Of a stretch of DNA of 64,000 bases, positions 49,462-58,260 are shown one piece after another. A program made the position numbers and the translations under genes. A model generated the notes under the pieces. The model was not told the DNA's origin. It did no database searches and saw only the letters and a program-made list of their open reading frames with translations. How positions within the stretch are numbered: the first letter of the stretch is position 1; each line of letters opens with the position of its first letter. This DNA comes from a virus. Location: IMG/VR virus record IMGVR_UViG_3300031853_000033, positions 3,494 through 67,493 of that record; one strand, given 5' to 3'.

Positions 49462-50014
49462 ATCCGCTCATCTCCTGTACATCCTTGTCATATGTGTAGG
49501 CAGGTTTGTCGGGAATCCACTCCCCGTTTGAATTTTTACGCCAGATTACTTGGTTCTCACTTCCGACCCATTGCCGGTCTGTATTCCGCTGTGCTTCGAT
49601 GTACTCTCCGTCTACAATGACATCCACAAAGCCGAGAATTTTATCATCCTTAATCTCATCGAATGTATAGCCGGTGTACATCCATACAGTCTTCGAAATA
49701 CCATACCGGAATCGAAAATCTCGGAGCAGATTGTAAATCGCAAGTCTGTTTCCGGGATACATCGGGTCTCCACCGCTGAGTGTCAAGCCGGAGCAGTAAT
49801 CGTTATCGATCAAGTCAAATAATTCTTTCTCGGCATTCTCGTCAAACAGCAGACCGTCATCAGGATTCCAGGTCACGGGATTCTGGCATCCTTTGCAGTG
49901 GTGATTGCAACCGGAAACCCAAAGGATTGCCCTTACTCCGTCACCGTTCAGAAGATTGTCCTTCTCTATGTTCTGATATTTCATCTTCGAAATCGTCACG
50001 CTCCCTTCCTGCAC
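49442..50014 (-). CDS. NrdG-like radical-SAM activating enzyme (anaerobic RNR activase / organic-radical activase family).
   Basis: GCNHHCKGC cluster (C-x3-C-x2-C) and LTLSGGDP motif. About 190 aa. No nrdD in the window. Confidence 0.65.
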   Translation of the reverse strand: MQEGSVTISKMKYQNIEKDNLLNGDGVRAILWVSGCNHHCKGCQNPVTWNPDDGLLFDENAEKELFDLIDNDYCSGLTLSGGDPMYPGNRLAIYNLLRDFRFRYGISKTVWMYTGYTFDEIKDDKILGFVDVIVDGEYIEAQRNTDRQWVGSENQVIWRKNSNGEWIPDKPAYTYDKDVQEMSGCDCQGM

Positions 50015-50098
50015 TCACAAGTGCGATAATCACAATTCCGCTAAATACTCCGAGCATATAAATCATCAGGATACCGAAAAATCCGAATATTATGTCCA

Positions 50099-51084
50099 TC
50101 ATGTTCTTTTTCTCCTTGTATACTCTTCAAATGTCGGGCAACTCCAGAAAATAAAATTACTGCACCATCTCTGCAATCTCTTATAAACCGAATCGCAATG
50201 TTCTTTATCGTAAATCATTGGATACGGAGCAAATTTCAATTCCCGGCAAAGCTGAATCCGGTACAGATCCTGTTCAAGTGTCGTGTCGTAATTGCAGAGA
50301 ATGTATACCATAACTCTGCCCCGGTCTTTATTGAATCCTGTCTTCTCGGCAAATGCTCTCAGCTTCGGTTCGACAATATCTTTGTCCTGCCATCTGTCAA
50401 AAGCAAAATGGATCGAATCGAGCCGGATCTGTTTCAGCAGTTCCATGTTCTTGTCATTCACTAGCCGAATATCCAATCCCTGATTGAAATTGACTTTTGC
50501 TCCGCTGTCTGCCAATTGTTGAAGCAGTTCCATGTGTTGCGGACAGGCTAAGATGTTCGGATCGCAGAGGATGATGTTCTTCTGTCCTCTCCAAAATTCC
50601 GATAAGTCGGCAACCTTCCTCGACCGCTTACCTTCTTTACTCTCCACATGACAGAAACCGCATCCTCTCGGGCATCCTCTTGTCAGAAATCCGTAGGCCG
50701 TATCCTTTGTCAGTTCCGGATACAAATCGTAGTCGGGATAGATATGCTCTATCTCATCGGGAAGGTTCGTGTCTCGCTCGGCATGGTAGACCTCTTTTCC
50801 ATCTACCAATTCTATGCAATAACCGGACCCCCCCGAACGATTTCATCAGCATCAATGCAGTATTCGTAGTCAGGAGTGAAACTGAATACCTTGGACATAT
50901 ACACCTTGTCCATGTGACCGCTAAACATCGGATCATACCATTCGACCGAATCGCCTTGCTGTTTGTGCCATGCGGATATCTTCATCAGAGGAATGTTCGG
51001 GAAGTTATGAGAGTCTACGGAAATAAGACCGATCCTCATCTTCTTACGCATCCTTCTTTTCCATAACAGTCCACATACAAACAT
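50099..51084 (-). pseudogene. Radical-SAM enzyme with a Rossmann/B12-binding-like N-terminal domain, split into two ORFs by a frameshift at a G7 (C7 on +) homopolymer.
   Basis: ORF 50812..51084 is the N-terminal domain and ORF 50099..50809 the rSAM core (CPRGCGFC). One extra G at 50828-50834 fuses them into a ~326-aa protein. Confidence 0.6.
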
Positions 51085-51233
51085 GTTGTCCCGTCTATAG
51101 GAGCCGCTATCGGATGGTGTTTACACCACGTATAGTCAAAACAAGGATGCGAACAAATCACCGGCTGACTATCCAAGCTGCTATCGTGATTAGAATTACC
51201 AGAAACGTTAACAATGTCATTACTCCGTCCCAC
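51036..51233 (-). CDS. Hypothetical small protein.
   Basis: 65-aa ORF, weak. Confidence 0.2.
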   Translation of the reverse strand: MGRSNDIVNVSGNSNHDSSLDSQPVICSHPCFDYTWCKHHPIAAPIDGTTCLYVDCYGKEGCVRR

Positions 51234-51345
51234 AATTAATCATCCTCCTCACTCTCCCAACAGTCCCCACCTTTGCATCTACTGCAAGGCAGCTGTCCGT
51301 TGGTATGCTCTCTGTATCGACAGGTATCGCAATCATGGCTGTCCA

Positions 51346-51660
51346 TCAATTCCACACCTCCTGATAAGCATCATATTTCTCTGCATCCGTAGCGTTCTTC
51401 GGTTCCTTTTTCGGCTTCCAATCATCACATGGCTTGCTCCTGTGCGGATAATTATGACAGGTCGGAACCGTTCCCCAGTAGTGATAGCAATCATCGCATG
51501 AGTGTTCTGGGTTGTTTTTGTGGGTCTTCCATAGTGCCTTTGCTTCGACCTGTCTGATGCGCTCTTTGGTTACGCCGTAGATTTCCGCTATCTCATTGAG
51601 TGATTTATTCTCGACATACCGCAGATGGATAACTTCCTGCTCACGTTTTGTCAGTTTCAT
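51346..51660 (-). CDS. Sigma-70 region-4-like (LuxR/ECF-type HTH) transcription regulator with Cys/His-rich C-terminus.
   Basis: Start at internal ATG (MKLTKREQEVIHLRYVENKSLNEIAEIYGVTKERIRQVEAKAL). C-terminal CDDCYHYW...CHNYPH...C. Confidence 0.6.
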   Translation of the reverse strand: MKLTKREQEVIHLRYVENKSLNEIAEIYGVTKERIRQVEAKALWKTHKNNPEHSCDDCYHYWGTVPTCHNYPHRSKPCDDWKPKKEPKNATDAEKYDAYQEVWN

Positions 51661-51844
51661 AGGAATATTCCTTTCGCTCCTCCTCAATAAATCGGTCAAT
51701 AAACTCGCACTTCTCGCAATCGAATGTGCTGTTATCGCACACATATTTTGGGCAATCAGCCCCCTTCTTGCCGTGAAAGTAGCAGGCCGTGTTGTCGCAA
51801 TCGTAGCAGGTGGTCTTGCGAGTGCATTCTGACATTGTTATCAT
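51641..51844 (-). CDS. Cys-rich small protein.
   Basis: Start at MITMSEC with GGAGGAGG RBS. Eight Cys arranged in CxxC pairs. Confidence 0.35.
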   Translation of the reverse strand: MITMSECTRKTTCYDCDNTACYFHGKKGADCPKYVCDNSTFDCEKCEFIDRFIEEERKEYSYETDKT

Positions 51845-52128
51845 TTGTCCTCCTCCGACCAGCACGGTAACTGCACCATTGCCATTTTCATTTCGGTCTG
51901 CACCGTATTACACCAGTTCTTTAAATTGTCCGATTCTATCTGACTGCATATCTCGGCAGGATTTATATCAAAGATCAAATCATTCAAATGCTTTGCGGCG
52001 TCATTCGATTTTGGAGGAAACCAACATTTCTGTTCCAATTCCTGTCTGATTATTTCGGTATCATTCGTATTATCTCTGACAAGCCGCTTTGTAACCTTTA
52101 CGGCATCGTCCAGCGATAGCATTAACAT
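51841..52128 (-). CDS. Hypothetical protein.
   Basis: 95-aa ORF with ATGA overlap. Confidence 0.35.
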   Translation of the reverse strand: MLMLSLDDAVKVTKRLVRDNTNDTEIIRQELEQKCWFPPKSNDAAKHLNDLIFDINPAEICSQIESDNLKNWCNTVQTEMKMAMVQLPCWSEEDK

Positions 52129-52502
52129 TATTTATCCTCCTTTGGTCTGAAAGCAAGTGGAAGCAGTCTCCATGCGACAACTTTTCCATCTGTCTTTAAA
52201 TCATCTGTTGTTGACCATTCTTTTGTGGATTCGTAATAATATCCAATTCCCATTGTCCCGTTTTCGGTAATATACCATACCGCACCATCCGGACATTCTA
52301 TGCAAGAATTATAATCATCTTCTTCCGGAAGTCTCTTGCTGCATGGCATCCACCCGTCATCTGCATCGGGAATACCGTTAATCAAGTCAGTGATGATTTT
52401 TCTCTTTTCATCTGCGTCTTCCACTGTATATCCGTCTTCGTCATGCCAGTTCATGTTGGTCATAAGATAGTTGATTGCATCTTCTCTGCTAATAAGGCTC
52501 AT
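52128..52502 (-). CDS. DUF551-domain protein.
   Basis: C-terminal WMPCSKRLPEE ... KVVAWRLLPLAFRPK matches the DUF551 signature (WIPCSERLP...AWMPLPEPY). Confidence 0.5.
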   Translation of the reverse strand: MSLISREDAINYLMTNMNWHDEDGYTVEDADEKRKIITDLINGIPDADDGWMPCSKRLPEEDDYNSCIECPDGAVWYITENGTMGIGYYYESTKEWSTTDDLKTDGKVVAWRLLPLAFRPKEDK

Positions 52503-52692
52503 TGTGTGTCACCGTCCTTCTACTCCTGCCATAATGGACAATTAAATCTAAGCGGTTCTCCCCATTTAGGCCTTACTTCACAAGTCTTTGCAGTTCCACA
52601 ATCATTGCAGTTTGGCATCTGTGTGATTCTGCGGTAAGCAGTTAAATTATCCAGAATGCTTGCTACGTAAGAAATGCTATCGTCTAATCTGC

Positions 52693-52944
52693 TCATTTTG
52701 TGTCACCGTCCTTCTGCAACCGCTGATTGTCATGCCATTCAAAAACAAGTTCCTCTCTCACCAAAGCGGATTTGTAATCCGGGTCAAAACGACTTTTTCC
52801 GTTGTAAATCCATCGGAGTCCTTTCGGGTTATTAATCGCTCCTATGCGTGGTCTCCATCCATCGGGGATATAGTCAAGAACCTCCATGCCTTTTTCCACC
52901 TCCGCTAACGCCGTGAGCGGTGCGGTGCTCCATTTCTCGCTCAT
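52693..52944 (-). CDS. Hypothetical protein.
   Basis: 83-aa ORF. Overlaps the upstream ORF by 70 nt in the +1 frame. Confidence 0.3.
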   Translation of the reverse strand: MSEKWSTAPLTALAEVEKGMEVLDYIPDGWRPRIGAINNPKGLRWIYNGKSRFDPDYKSALVREELVFEWHDNQRLQKDGDTK

Positions 52945-53173
52945 TAGGAAACGTGAACGTTTTATCTCCTGCCTCGATAGCCGATATCAGCATCTCAAGC
53001 GCATACACGCACCATTCACGGTTTCGGTACCTTGCGATTTCTCCGCCGGATCCATTCCGCCCTACTGCCTGTATACCTGTCCCTGTCCCGGTAACGTGAA
53101 GTCTTGACATATCATCGAAATTCCATACTGCTTGTTTGTTCTGCGTGAAAATAATCATCTTCTCACCCTTCAC
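52874..53173 (-). CDS. Hypothetical protein.
   Basis: 99-aa ORF with Gly-rich tail; the tail may be out of frame. Confidence 0.3.
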   Translation of the reverse strand: MKGEKMIIFTQNKQAVWNFDDMSRLHVTGTGTGIQAVGRNGSGGEIARYRNREWCVYALEMLISAIEAGDKTFTFPNEREMEHRTAHGVSGGGKRHGGS

Positions 53174-53363
53174 CTTCCTTCAAATCTACGTGCTTATTTA
53201 CCGACCACTGTACATTCACTGTGCCGCCAAAATTTGCTATTAGATCGCACTCCTCTTCAAAAAATTCAGTCAACTTATCATTTAGTGCCTGCATGAAAAG
53301 CTTATGGTTCTCGCAAGTCAGATCTATCCAAATTGGCAAAAGATATGTTGTTTTTTTACTCAT
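53163..53363 (-). CDS. Hypothetical protein.
   Basis: 66-aa ORF. Confidence 0.3.
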   Translation of the reverse strand: MSKKTTYLLPIWIDLTCENHKLFMQALNDKLTEFFEEECDLIANFGGTVNVQWSVNKHVDLKEGEG

Positions 53364-53617
53364 TTGTCACCCTTCACCTTCCTTCCACACTCAGGACAAT
53401 AATTCAGATCAAAACCTATTCCCCGATAGCGATATTGAATTGTCCTGCCTGCTGTTGTTTTGCCCTTTTTCTTATACCAAGTTCTTTTAACGATCGCGAC
53501 CGTGTACTCAATCATGTATTTGCCATATTCCTTCAGTTCGGCATCGGTTGACCATCCGCATGATATCTCATACACTTGATGATTGGATTTCATTGCTTCG
53601 CAGAATCGGCAAGCCAT
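53360..53617 (-). CDS. Zinc-ribbon small protein.
   Basis: CRFC ... CPECG pairs. Confidence 0.35.
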   Translation of the reverse strand: MACRFCEAMKSNHQVYEISCGWSTDAELKEYGKYMIEYTVAIVKRTWYKKKGKTTAGRTIQYRYRGIGFDLNYCPECGRKVKGDK

Positions 53618-54004
53618 TCACCCTTCACCTTCCTTCTGCATCGGGTTTCCACATTTCGGGCAGAAATTATATTCTTTGATAAAATCTATAAATTTACGCT
53701 TGTAATCCCACGGGACGAAAAAGCCACATTCGCTACAATGATAACCGTCACACATAGCAACATCATGCTCTCCGTATATCCACCGCCCCGTCTTGCGTTC
53801 GGGCTGTGCGGATGATACTTTTTTTACGCCAATCCTAAATCCTTTTTCAAAAGCCTCACGAATACTTGTATTAACATCGCATTCTTGCTTGAAATAATTA
53901 TTAATTACGATTTGCATCTTTTTTTCGCTTATTCCCATCCTGTCCCCCTTCCCACGGTTTCGGCAACGGCATCCAAGCAATAGGTTTTTCCTCATTGTAT
54001 CCAA
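53618..54004 (-). CDS. SAQPE-linker / zinc-ribbon protein (member of the paralogue array).
   Basis: VSSAQPERKTGRWIY followed by CSECG...CPKCG, paralogous to the C-terminus of ORF 54887..55354. Confidence 0.45.
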   Translation of the reverse strand: MDTMRKNLLLGCRCRNRGKGDRMGISEKKMQIVINNYFKQECDVNTSIREAFEKGFRIGVKKVSSAQPERKTGRWIYGEHDVAMCDGYHCSECGFFVPWDYKRKFIDFIKEYNFCPKCGNPMQKEGEG

Positions 54005-54278
54005 CCAAACTATATATCCCTTCGCCAGTATTTATAGCCCAATCTCCATCTTCATAAAAACCAACGCCCATATTGCCCTTAAACTGCAACAGGACATCTA
54101 AATTGTTGTCGGGCATTTTATCTTCTACAGAAATCCAATTCGGATGTGCCGTATCGGTGACCACTATAACTTCTCCGGGATCAGTGCCAAAATAGCCGCC
54201 ATTGTTGCGGATGATGATTGTGTCTTTACGGATTTCGTCAACGTATCCATGAACAAAACATCTATCGCCTATTTTCAT
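53901..54278 (-). CDS. DUF551-domain protein.
   Basis: KMPDNNLDVLL ... KPIAWMPLPKPWEG. Confidence 0.5.
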   Translation of the reverse strand: MKIGDRCFVHGYVDEIRKDTIIIRNNGGYFGTDPGEVIVVTDTAHPNWISVEDKMPDNNLDVLLQFKGNMGVGFYEDGDWAINTGEGIYSLVGYNEEKPIAWMPLPKPWEGGQDGNKRKKDANRN

Positions 54279-54727
54279 TTTTCTTCACCTCGATAACATT
54301 CTGGTAACGGCATCCATGCGATAACTTTATAATTCGGGAACGCATATTTCTTATCCCAATGCCACATACCATCATATGTACAAGCTGTCACGGTCATTCT
54401 TTCGCCATTGACCTCTACTGTAGCAAGGACATACTCTGACCTTTTTTTAGTCCCCAACTTCTTTAAAATTCCTGCGTCTTTTTCCTCTGGCATCCGCTCA
54501 CTACACGGTATCCACCGCTGTTCTGGCTGTGCGGAGGGCAACTGTTCAATCTTCTTTTCCGCAAGATATATCCCTTGCCTAACAAGGTCTGCCGCTTCTG
54601 TTGGGTCGATATCCCTTTGATATTCATACAACTCAATCAGCGCATCAATCGCCGCTTGTCTGCTGATACAGTCTGAACTGTTCGGAAATTCCGAATACCT
54701 CAACGCTTCGATAGCCGTATCACTCAT
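54275..54727 (-). CDS. Modular paralogue: ISRQAAIDAL-LPSAQPE N-module + DUF551 C-domain.
   Basis: ISRQAAIDALIELY...EQLPSAQPEQRWIPCSERMPEE...KVIAWMPLPECYRG. Confidence 0.55.
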   Translation of the reverse strand: MSDTAIEALRYSEFPNSSDCISRQAAIDALIELYEYQRDIDPTEAADLVRQGIYLAEKKIEQLPSAQPEQRWIPCSERMPEEKDAGILKKLGTKKRSEYVLATVEVNGERMTVTACTYDGMWHWDKKYAFPNYKVIAWMPLPECYRGEEK

Positions 54728-54890
54728 CGTCCTCGCCTCTCCTTTTTAGCCACTTTTTCAACTTCGTCTTCAATGATGGTTTATACTGCAAACATTCACC
54801 AGAATAATAAATGTTCCAAACTCCCGTCTTACATGGTTCCTTTTTATCGGAACGAAAATTGTATTTGCATCCCACACATGATTTTTTCAT
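54720..54890 (-). CDS. Small Cys-rich (zinc-finger-like) protein, 56 aa.
   Basis: Hand-translated MKKSCVGCKYNFRSDKKEPCKTGVWNIYYSGECLQYKPS... with RBS GAGAGGTG. ATGA overlap with the downstream gene. Absent from the six-frame track (below its length cut-off). Confidence 0.35.
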   Translation of the reverse strand: MKKSCVGCKYNFRSDKKEPCKTGVWNIYYSGECLQYKPSLKTKLKKWLKRRGEDDE

Positions 54891-55354
54891 TCCTGTTCAC
54901 CTCTCATATCTGCTCCGCAGTTCGGGCAGTAAGCAAATGCTTTTACCTTGCTGTCATGAATAAGATAATTACATTCAGAACAAGCACTTGTAACTGGGTA
55001 CTTTCCAATCCACTTCCCTTTCTTCCGCTCTGGCTGTGCGGATGGCAATTCCAACAATTCTCCTTCCATCACATCGCTATAGACGGCGTTTGCGCTCCAT
55101 GCCACATGACCTTCACAATTCTGTTCTTCTGCGAACGTCAATCTAAATGTATTTTTCCTCACGGCATCAATCGCCGCCCGTCTATCAATCAAATCTGAGT
55201 TGTTCGGAATTTCCGAACAGTTGTTTTTCGGCTGTGCGGACGGAAGCTTTTTTATTCCGTTAACGATTGTTTGTGCCAAACCTTCCCACTCTCCGCACTC
55301 AAATTCAACGATACTAATCGCCGCCTGTCTGCTCACCAAACTATCATCCATCAT
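54887..55354 (-). CDS. Modular paralogue: two SRQAAI...LPSAQP modules + C-terminal zinc ribbon.
   Basis: VSRQAAISIV...KKLPSAQPK and IDRRAAIDAV...LELPSAQPERKKGKWIG, then CSEC...CPNCG. Start placed at MMDDS after a KGE-encoding RBS. Confidence 0.5.
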   Translation of the reverse strand: MMDDSLVSRQAAISIVEFECGEWEGLAQTIVNGIKKLPSAQPKNNCSEIPNNSDLIDRRAAIDAVRKNTFRLTFAEEQNCEGHVAWSANAVYSDVMEGELLELPSAQPERKKGKWIGKYPVTSACSECNYLIHDSKVKAFAYCPNCGADMRGEQE

Positions 55355-56240
55355 TTCGCCTTTCTGCCCAATAGCAAAATCCATTGCATGTTACCAAGTC
55401 AGCATTAAGATAATCGCACCTGCCAAGTCCATAGCCCTTCATTTTTCCCGTAGTTTGAGTCCAGTGTTTGCAAGAATTGCAACGGATGATTTCGGGCTGA
55501 ACGGATGGCAACGCCTTAATGGCATCAAAAGCCGATTTTCCGGCATACTTCCATTCAAGAGCATCTAATGCCCCTTTTCTGCTTATTGTGTCCCCGTCTG
55601 TCTTGATTTCCGACTCAAGAGACATAAGCCTTGTTTCGGCATCCGCTTCCGTGTGTCCGTCCCAATGTGGCGCCCTCGGAAGATCAATACAGTCAAACAT
55701 ATCCCAATATTTATTTTCGTAGTGGTAAGTATAACTTCCCTCCGGCGTATCAATTCCAACAACGAACCATCCGCCACCAAAGCAGTATTCCCCATCTTCA
55801 TGTCTATACGATTTCCATGCCTTGCTCTTATACGCCTTTACAAGTGCGGCGAATAAAATCATCCTTTGTTCATAAAGCCCATTAAACGTGTGAAAACCGT
55901 CAGACACTTCTCCGATATCGTTAACGCCTGCAGCGGTACATATTGCTTTCCTTCTTGCCATTTCTGTATCAGTCATCATTTTGCCTTTCCCATATCCGCA
56001 AAAGAAATCTTTCGGTGTCTCAAAGGTTCCGTATCTGCTCAGACATTCGCATAAGTGATTGTTTTTCCAGTGTTCGCAAAACTCGCAATGGATGATTTCT
56101 GGCTGTGCGGACGGTAGATTCTCCAAATCGTACTTATATTTTTCAAATGCCTTATACCAATCGCCTGGTGTGTCAGCAATGCACCCGGCAAAGTTGTACA
56201 GAATATCAATAGCCGCCGCTCGACTTATCAGATCATCCAT
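55344..56240 (-). CDS. Modular paralogue: two SRxAAIDxL...LPS(A/V)QPE modules flanking a central Trp/Gly-rich domain.
   Basis: ISRAAAIDIL...ENLPSAQPEIIHC; central WKSYRHEDGEYCFGGGWFVVGIDTPEGSYTYHY; ISRKGALDALE...KALPSVQPEIIRC. Start at MDDLISR. Confidence 0.5.
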   Translation of the reverse strand: MDDLISRAAAIDILYNFAGCIADTPGDWYKAFEKYKYDLENLPSAQPEIIHCEFCEHWKNNHLCECLSRYGTFETPKDFFCGYGKGKMMTDTEMARRKAICTAAGVNDIGEVSDGFHTFNGLYEQRMILFAALVKAYKSKAWKSYRHEDGEYCFGGGWFVVGIDTPEGSYTYHYENKYWDMFDCIDLPRAPHWDGHTEADAETRLMSLESEIKTDGDTISRKGALDALEWKYAGKSAFDAIKALPSVQPEIIRCNSCKHWTQTTGKMKGYGLGRCDYLNADLVTCNGFCYWAERRNDG

Positions 56241-56595
56241 CCTGTTCACCCTCCTGATATGATTCTGGTAGTGGCATCCAAGCAACAACATTTCGTGTGT
56301 AATACCAAAAGCGTTTTCCCGAATCATACTGTCCACATCTATCAACATCTACAGTTTTGATTCCACCACTGTCATCTGTGACAAGAACTAATTCATCTAC
56401 ATCAGGCAATCTCTCACTGCACGGAATCCACTGCTGTTCCGGCTGTGCGGGTGGAAGTGCTTTTACCTGTCTGATTGCCCAATCCGTCATAGCATCAACT
56501 ATACAAGGATCGTCTTTTGCAGATTGAATGTTGCCGTCCCAGTACGCAACTCTCAGCGCATCAATCGCCGCCTGTCTGCTGATTAAATCACTCAT
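56233..56595 (-). CDS. Modular paralogue: ISRQAAIDAL-LPPAQPE + DUF551 C-domain.
   Basis: MSDLISRQAAIDALRVAY...VKALPPAQPEQQWIPCSERLPD...VVAWMPLPESYQEG. Confidence 0.55.
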   Translation of the reverse strand: MSDLISRQAAIDALRVAYWDGNIQSAKDDPCIVDAMTDWAIRQVKALPPAQPEQQWIPCSERLPDVDELVLVTDDSGGIKTVDVDRCGQYDSGKRFWYYTRNVVAWMPLPESYQEGEQDG

Positions 56596-56860
56596 CCTCC
56601 CGCCTTTCTGTTTCCACCTCATACCAATCAGGCAACATCTGGTTTCTTTTACAGTTTTTGCAAGGCATCATATAGGCATGTCCTAAGTGTATACAATTCT
56701 TACAGGTTAAATGCTGTTCGGGCTGGGTGGATGGCAATTCTTCAATCCTTTCTGCAAGCAATCTTTGGTCATCTTCACGGAATGCACCGCCAAAAAATTC
56801 TACAAAAAATTCTAAAGCCGTTTTTATTGCCAACCTTCTGTTTATCGTGTCATCCATCAT
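56588..56860 (-). CDS. Modular paralogue: N-module + zinc-ribbon C-terminus.
   Basis: MMDDTINRRLAIKTALEF...EELPSTQPEQHLTCKNCIHL...CKNCKRN. Confidence 0.45.
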   Translation of the reverse strand: MMDDTINRRLAIKTALEFFVEFFGGAFREDDQRLLAERIEELPSTQPEQHLTCKNCIHLGHAYMMPCKNCKRNQMLPDWYEVETERREDE

Positions 56861-57759
56861 TTCGCCTTTCTCTTCATGTATGCACCACAATATCCGCAAT
56901 AATTCATGTCATAGTCAAATGTTCTTCCGCACCAATTGCATTCATAAGGACTCTCTTCGTCATCTTTCCAATCTTGATGGAATATCCATTCCCCCGTATA
57001 ATCCAGGTCAAATCTTCTCAGCTTCTCCAACAAATCGGTCTTGACGTACAAGTCCGTACCCTTGATTTCGAACTCACCAAACATTCGCCGCTCTTGTCCT
57101 AGCTCTAAAATGAATTTATCCCCGGGCTTAAAATCGGTCTTTCCGACATGGATGTCGGGAACATCACCATTACTCATCCGCGACCTAATGTAATTTTTCC
57201 ACCATTCATCGCTATTACTCATTTCAGATTCGCCATCCTCTGACGGCTCTTTTGAGAATGAATTCGACTTTTCCTGCTCTGAAAGTGAAACTCGTTCTGA
57301 ATCGGTCTTGATTTTCTCAACAACATCCATCGCTTTTCGCAACAGGCAGTTTGGATTGCATTGCCCACAATGCTCCATCAGATAGCACCCATCACACAGT
57401 GTTATCATGTTGGTAAGCACTTCCTGTTTGTTTATTGATTCTTCATCGGTCTTTTTCGTGTGGTCACGAAATTGATCGGAATCGGCAATAACACTGTTAA
57501 TAAGTGACTCCGCAATAATCAGCCGTTCTGTGATTGTACGCTTCTTTAGATTAATTGCGATTCTATCTTCGTCATTTTCGGCTGTTTTGGTGCAGATAGA
57601 GCCGGTTTCGGGCACACTGCTTGCACACTGCTTGCTTAATGCGGATATGGTAATATCTAAGGCTTCATGGTCATAGCTGGTTAATGCACGATAATCCGCA
57701 AGAATCTCTCTGATCTCGTTAATGCGCTTAATCACCTGCTCATTCGTCATCCGCGTCAC
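56857..57759 (-). CDS. Hypothetical protein with Cys clusters and C-terminal zinc ribbon; contains a GDKF-ILELG domain also present in ORF 59006..59284.
   Basis: CDGCYLMEHCGQCNPNC ... CNWCGRTFDYDMNYCGYCG. GDKFILELGQ...FEIKG resembles GDKFVIEIGE...YKIKG at 59006..59284. Confidence 0.45.
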   Translation of the reverse strand: MTRMTNEQVIKRINEIREILADYRALTSYDHEALDITISALSKQCASSVPETGSICTKTAENDEDRIAINLKKRTITERLIIAESLINSVIADSDQFRDHTKKTDEESINKQEVLTNMITLCDGCYLMEHCGQCNPNCLLRKAMDVVEKIKTDSERVSLSEQEKSNSFSKEPSEDGESEMSNSDEWWKNYIRSRMSNGDVPDIHVGKTDFKPGDKFILELGQERRMFGEFEIKGTDLYVKTDLLEKLRRFDLDYTGEWIFHQDWKDDEESPYECNWCGRTFDYDMNYCGYCGAYMKRKAK

Positions 57760-58058
57760 CTCTCAAAATCAATCTTTTGCCCACAGTAACCGCATCTGTC
57801 CGTATCATTTACGAATTTGTGTAATGTCCCCACCCTACTGTTACCGTAAGCGATATAATTACCGCACGTAGGGCAATACAGCTTGTACAGATCTTTGCTG
57901 AATGTGTCTATGTCTTTCATTGGCTGTTGCGGTATTTCTTTGTTTAACGCTTCAATTGCCAGTTCCAGAGCATCAAACGCATCAAACGTTATCTGCGGCT
58001 CCCACGGTTCTGGCTCTTGCAGACGTTTCAAAATCGGGATAGCTTCCTCATTCGTCAT
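57756..58058 (-). CDS. Hypothetical zinc-ribbon protein.
   Basis: CPTCGNY ... CGYCGQK. ATGA overlap. Confidence 0.4.
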   Translation of the reverse strand: MTNEEAIPILKRLQEPEPWEPQITFDAFDALELAIEALNKEIPQQPMKDIDTFSKDLYKLYCPTCGNYIAYGNSRVGTLHKFVNDTDRCGYCGQKIDFER

Positions 58059-58260
58059 TCCGTATCACCCTCCTGTCTTTCGTCATGCTCTTTCAATGCT
58101 CCATAAATCAGCACATACGCCTCGCTGAACAGATCGAGTTTTCCATCCTCGGTCACTCCGGCATATCTTGCCAATATCGGTGCGACAAGGCTCCATGCTT
58201 CTGCTCCGCTCAAAAGTTGCACCTTCTTTCAGTTTGTTGTGTCTTCTCCGGAACATTCAA

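Noticed and set aside
52128-56899. Regularly spaced short DNA repeats (GGCTGTGCGGA(T/C)GG every 350-700 bp) that might look like a CRISPR array.
   Set aside because: The repeats lie inside ORFs, in frame, and encode the conserved LPSAQPE peptide of paralogous genes. Spacing is irregular and much larger than CRISPR spacers.
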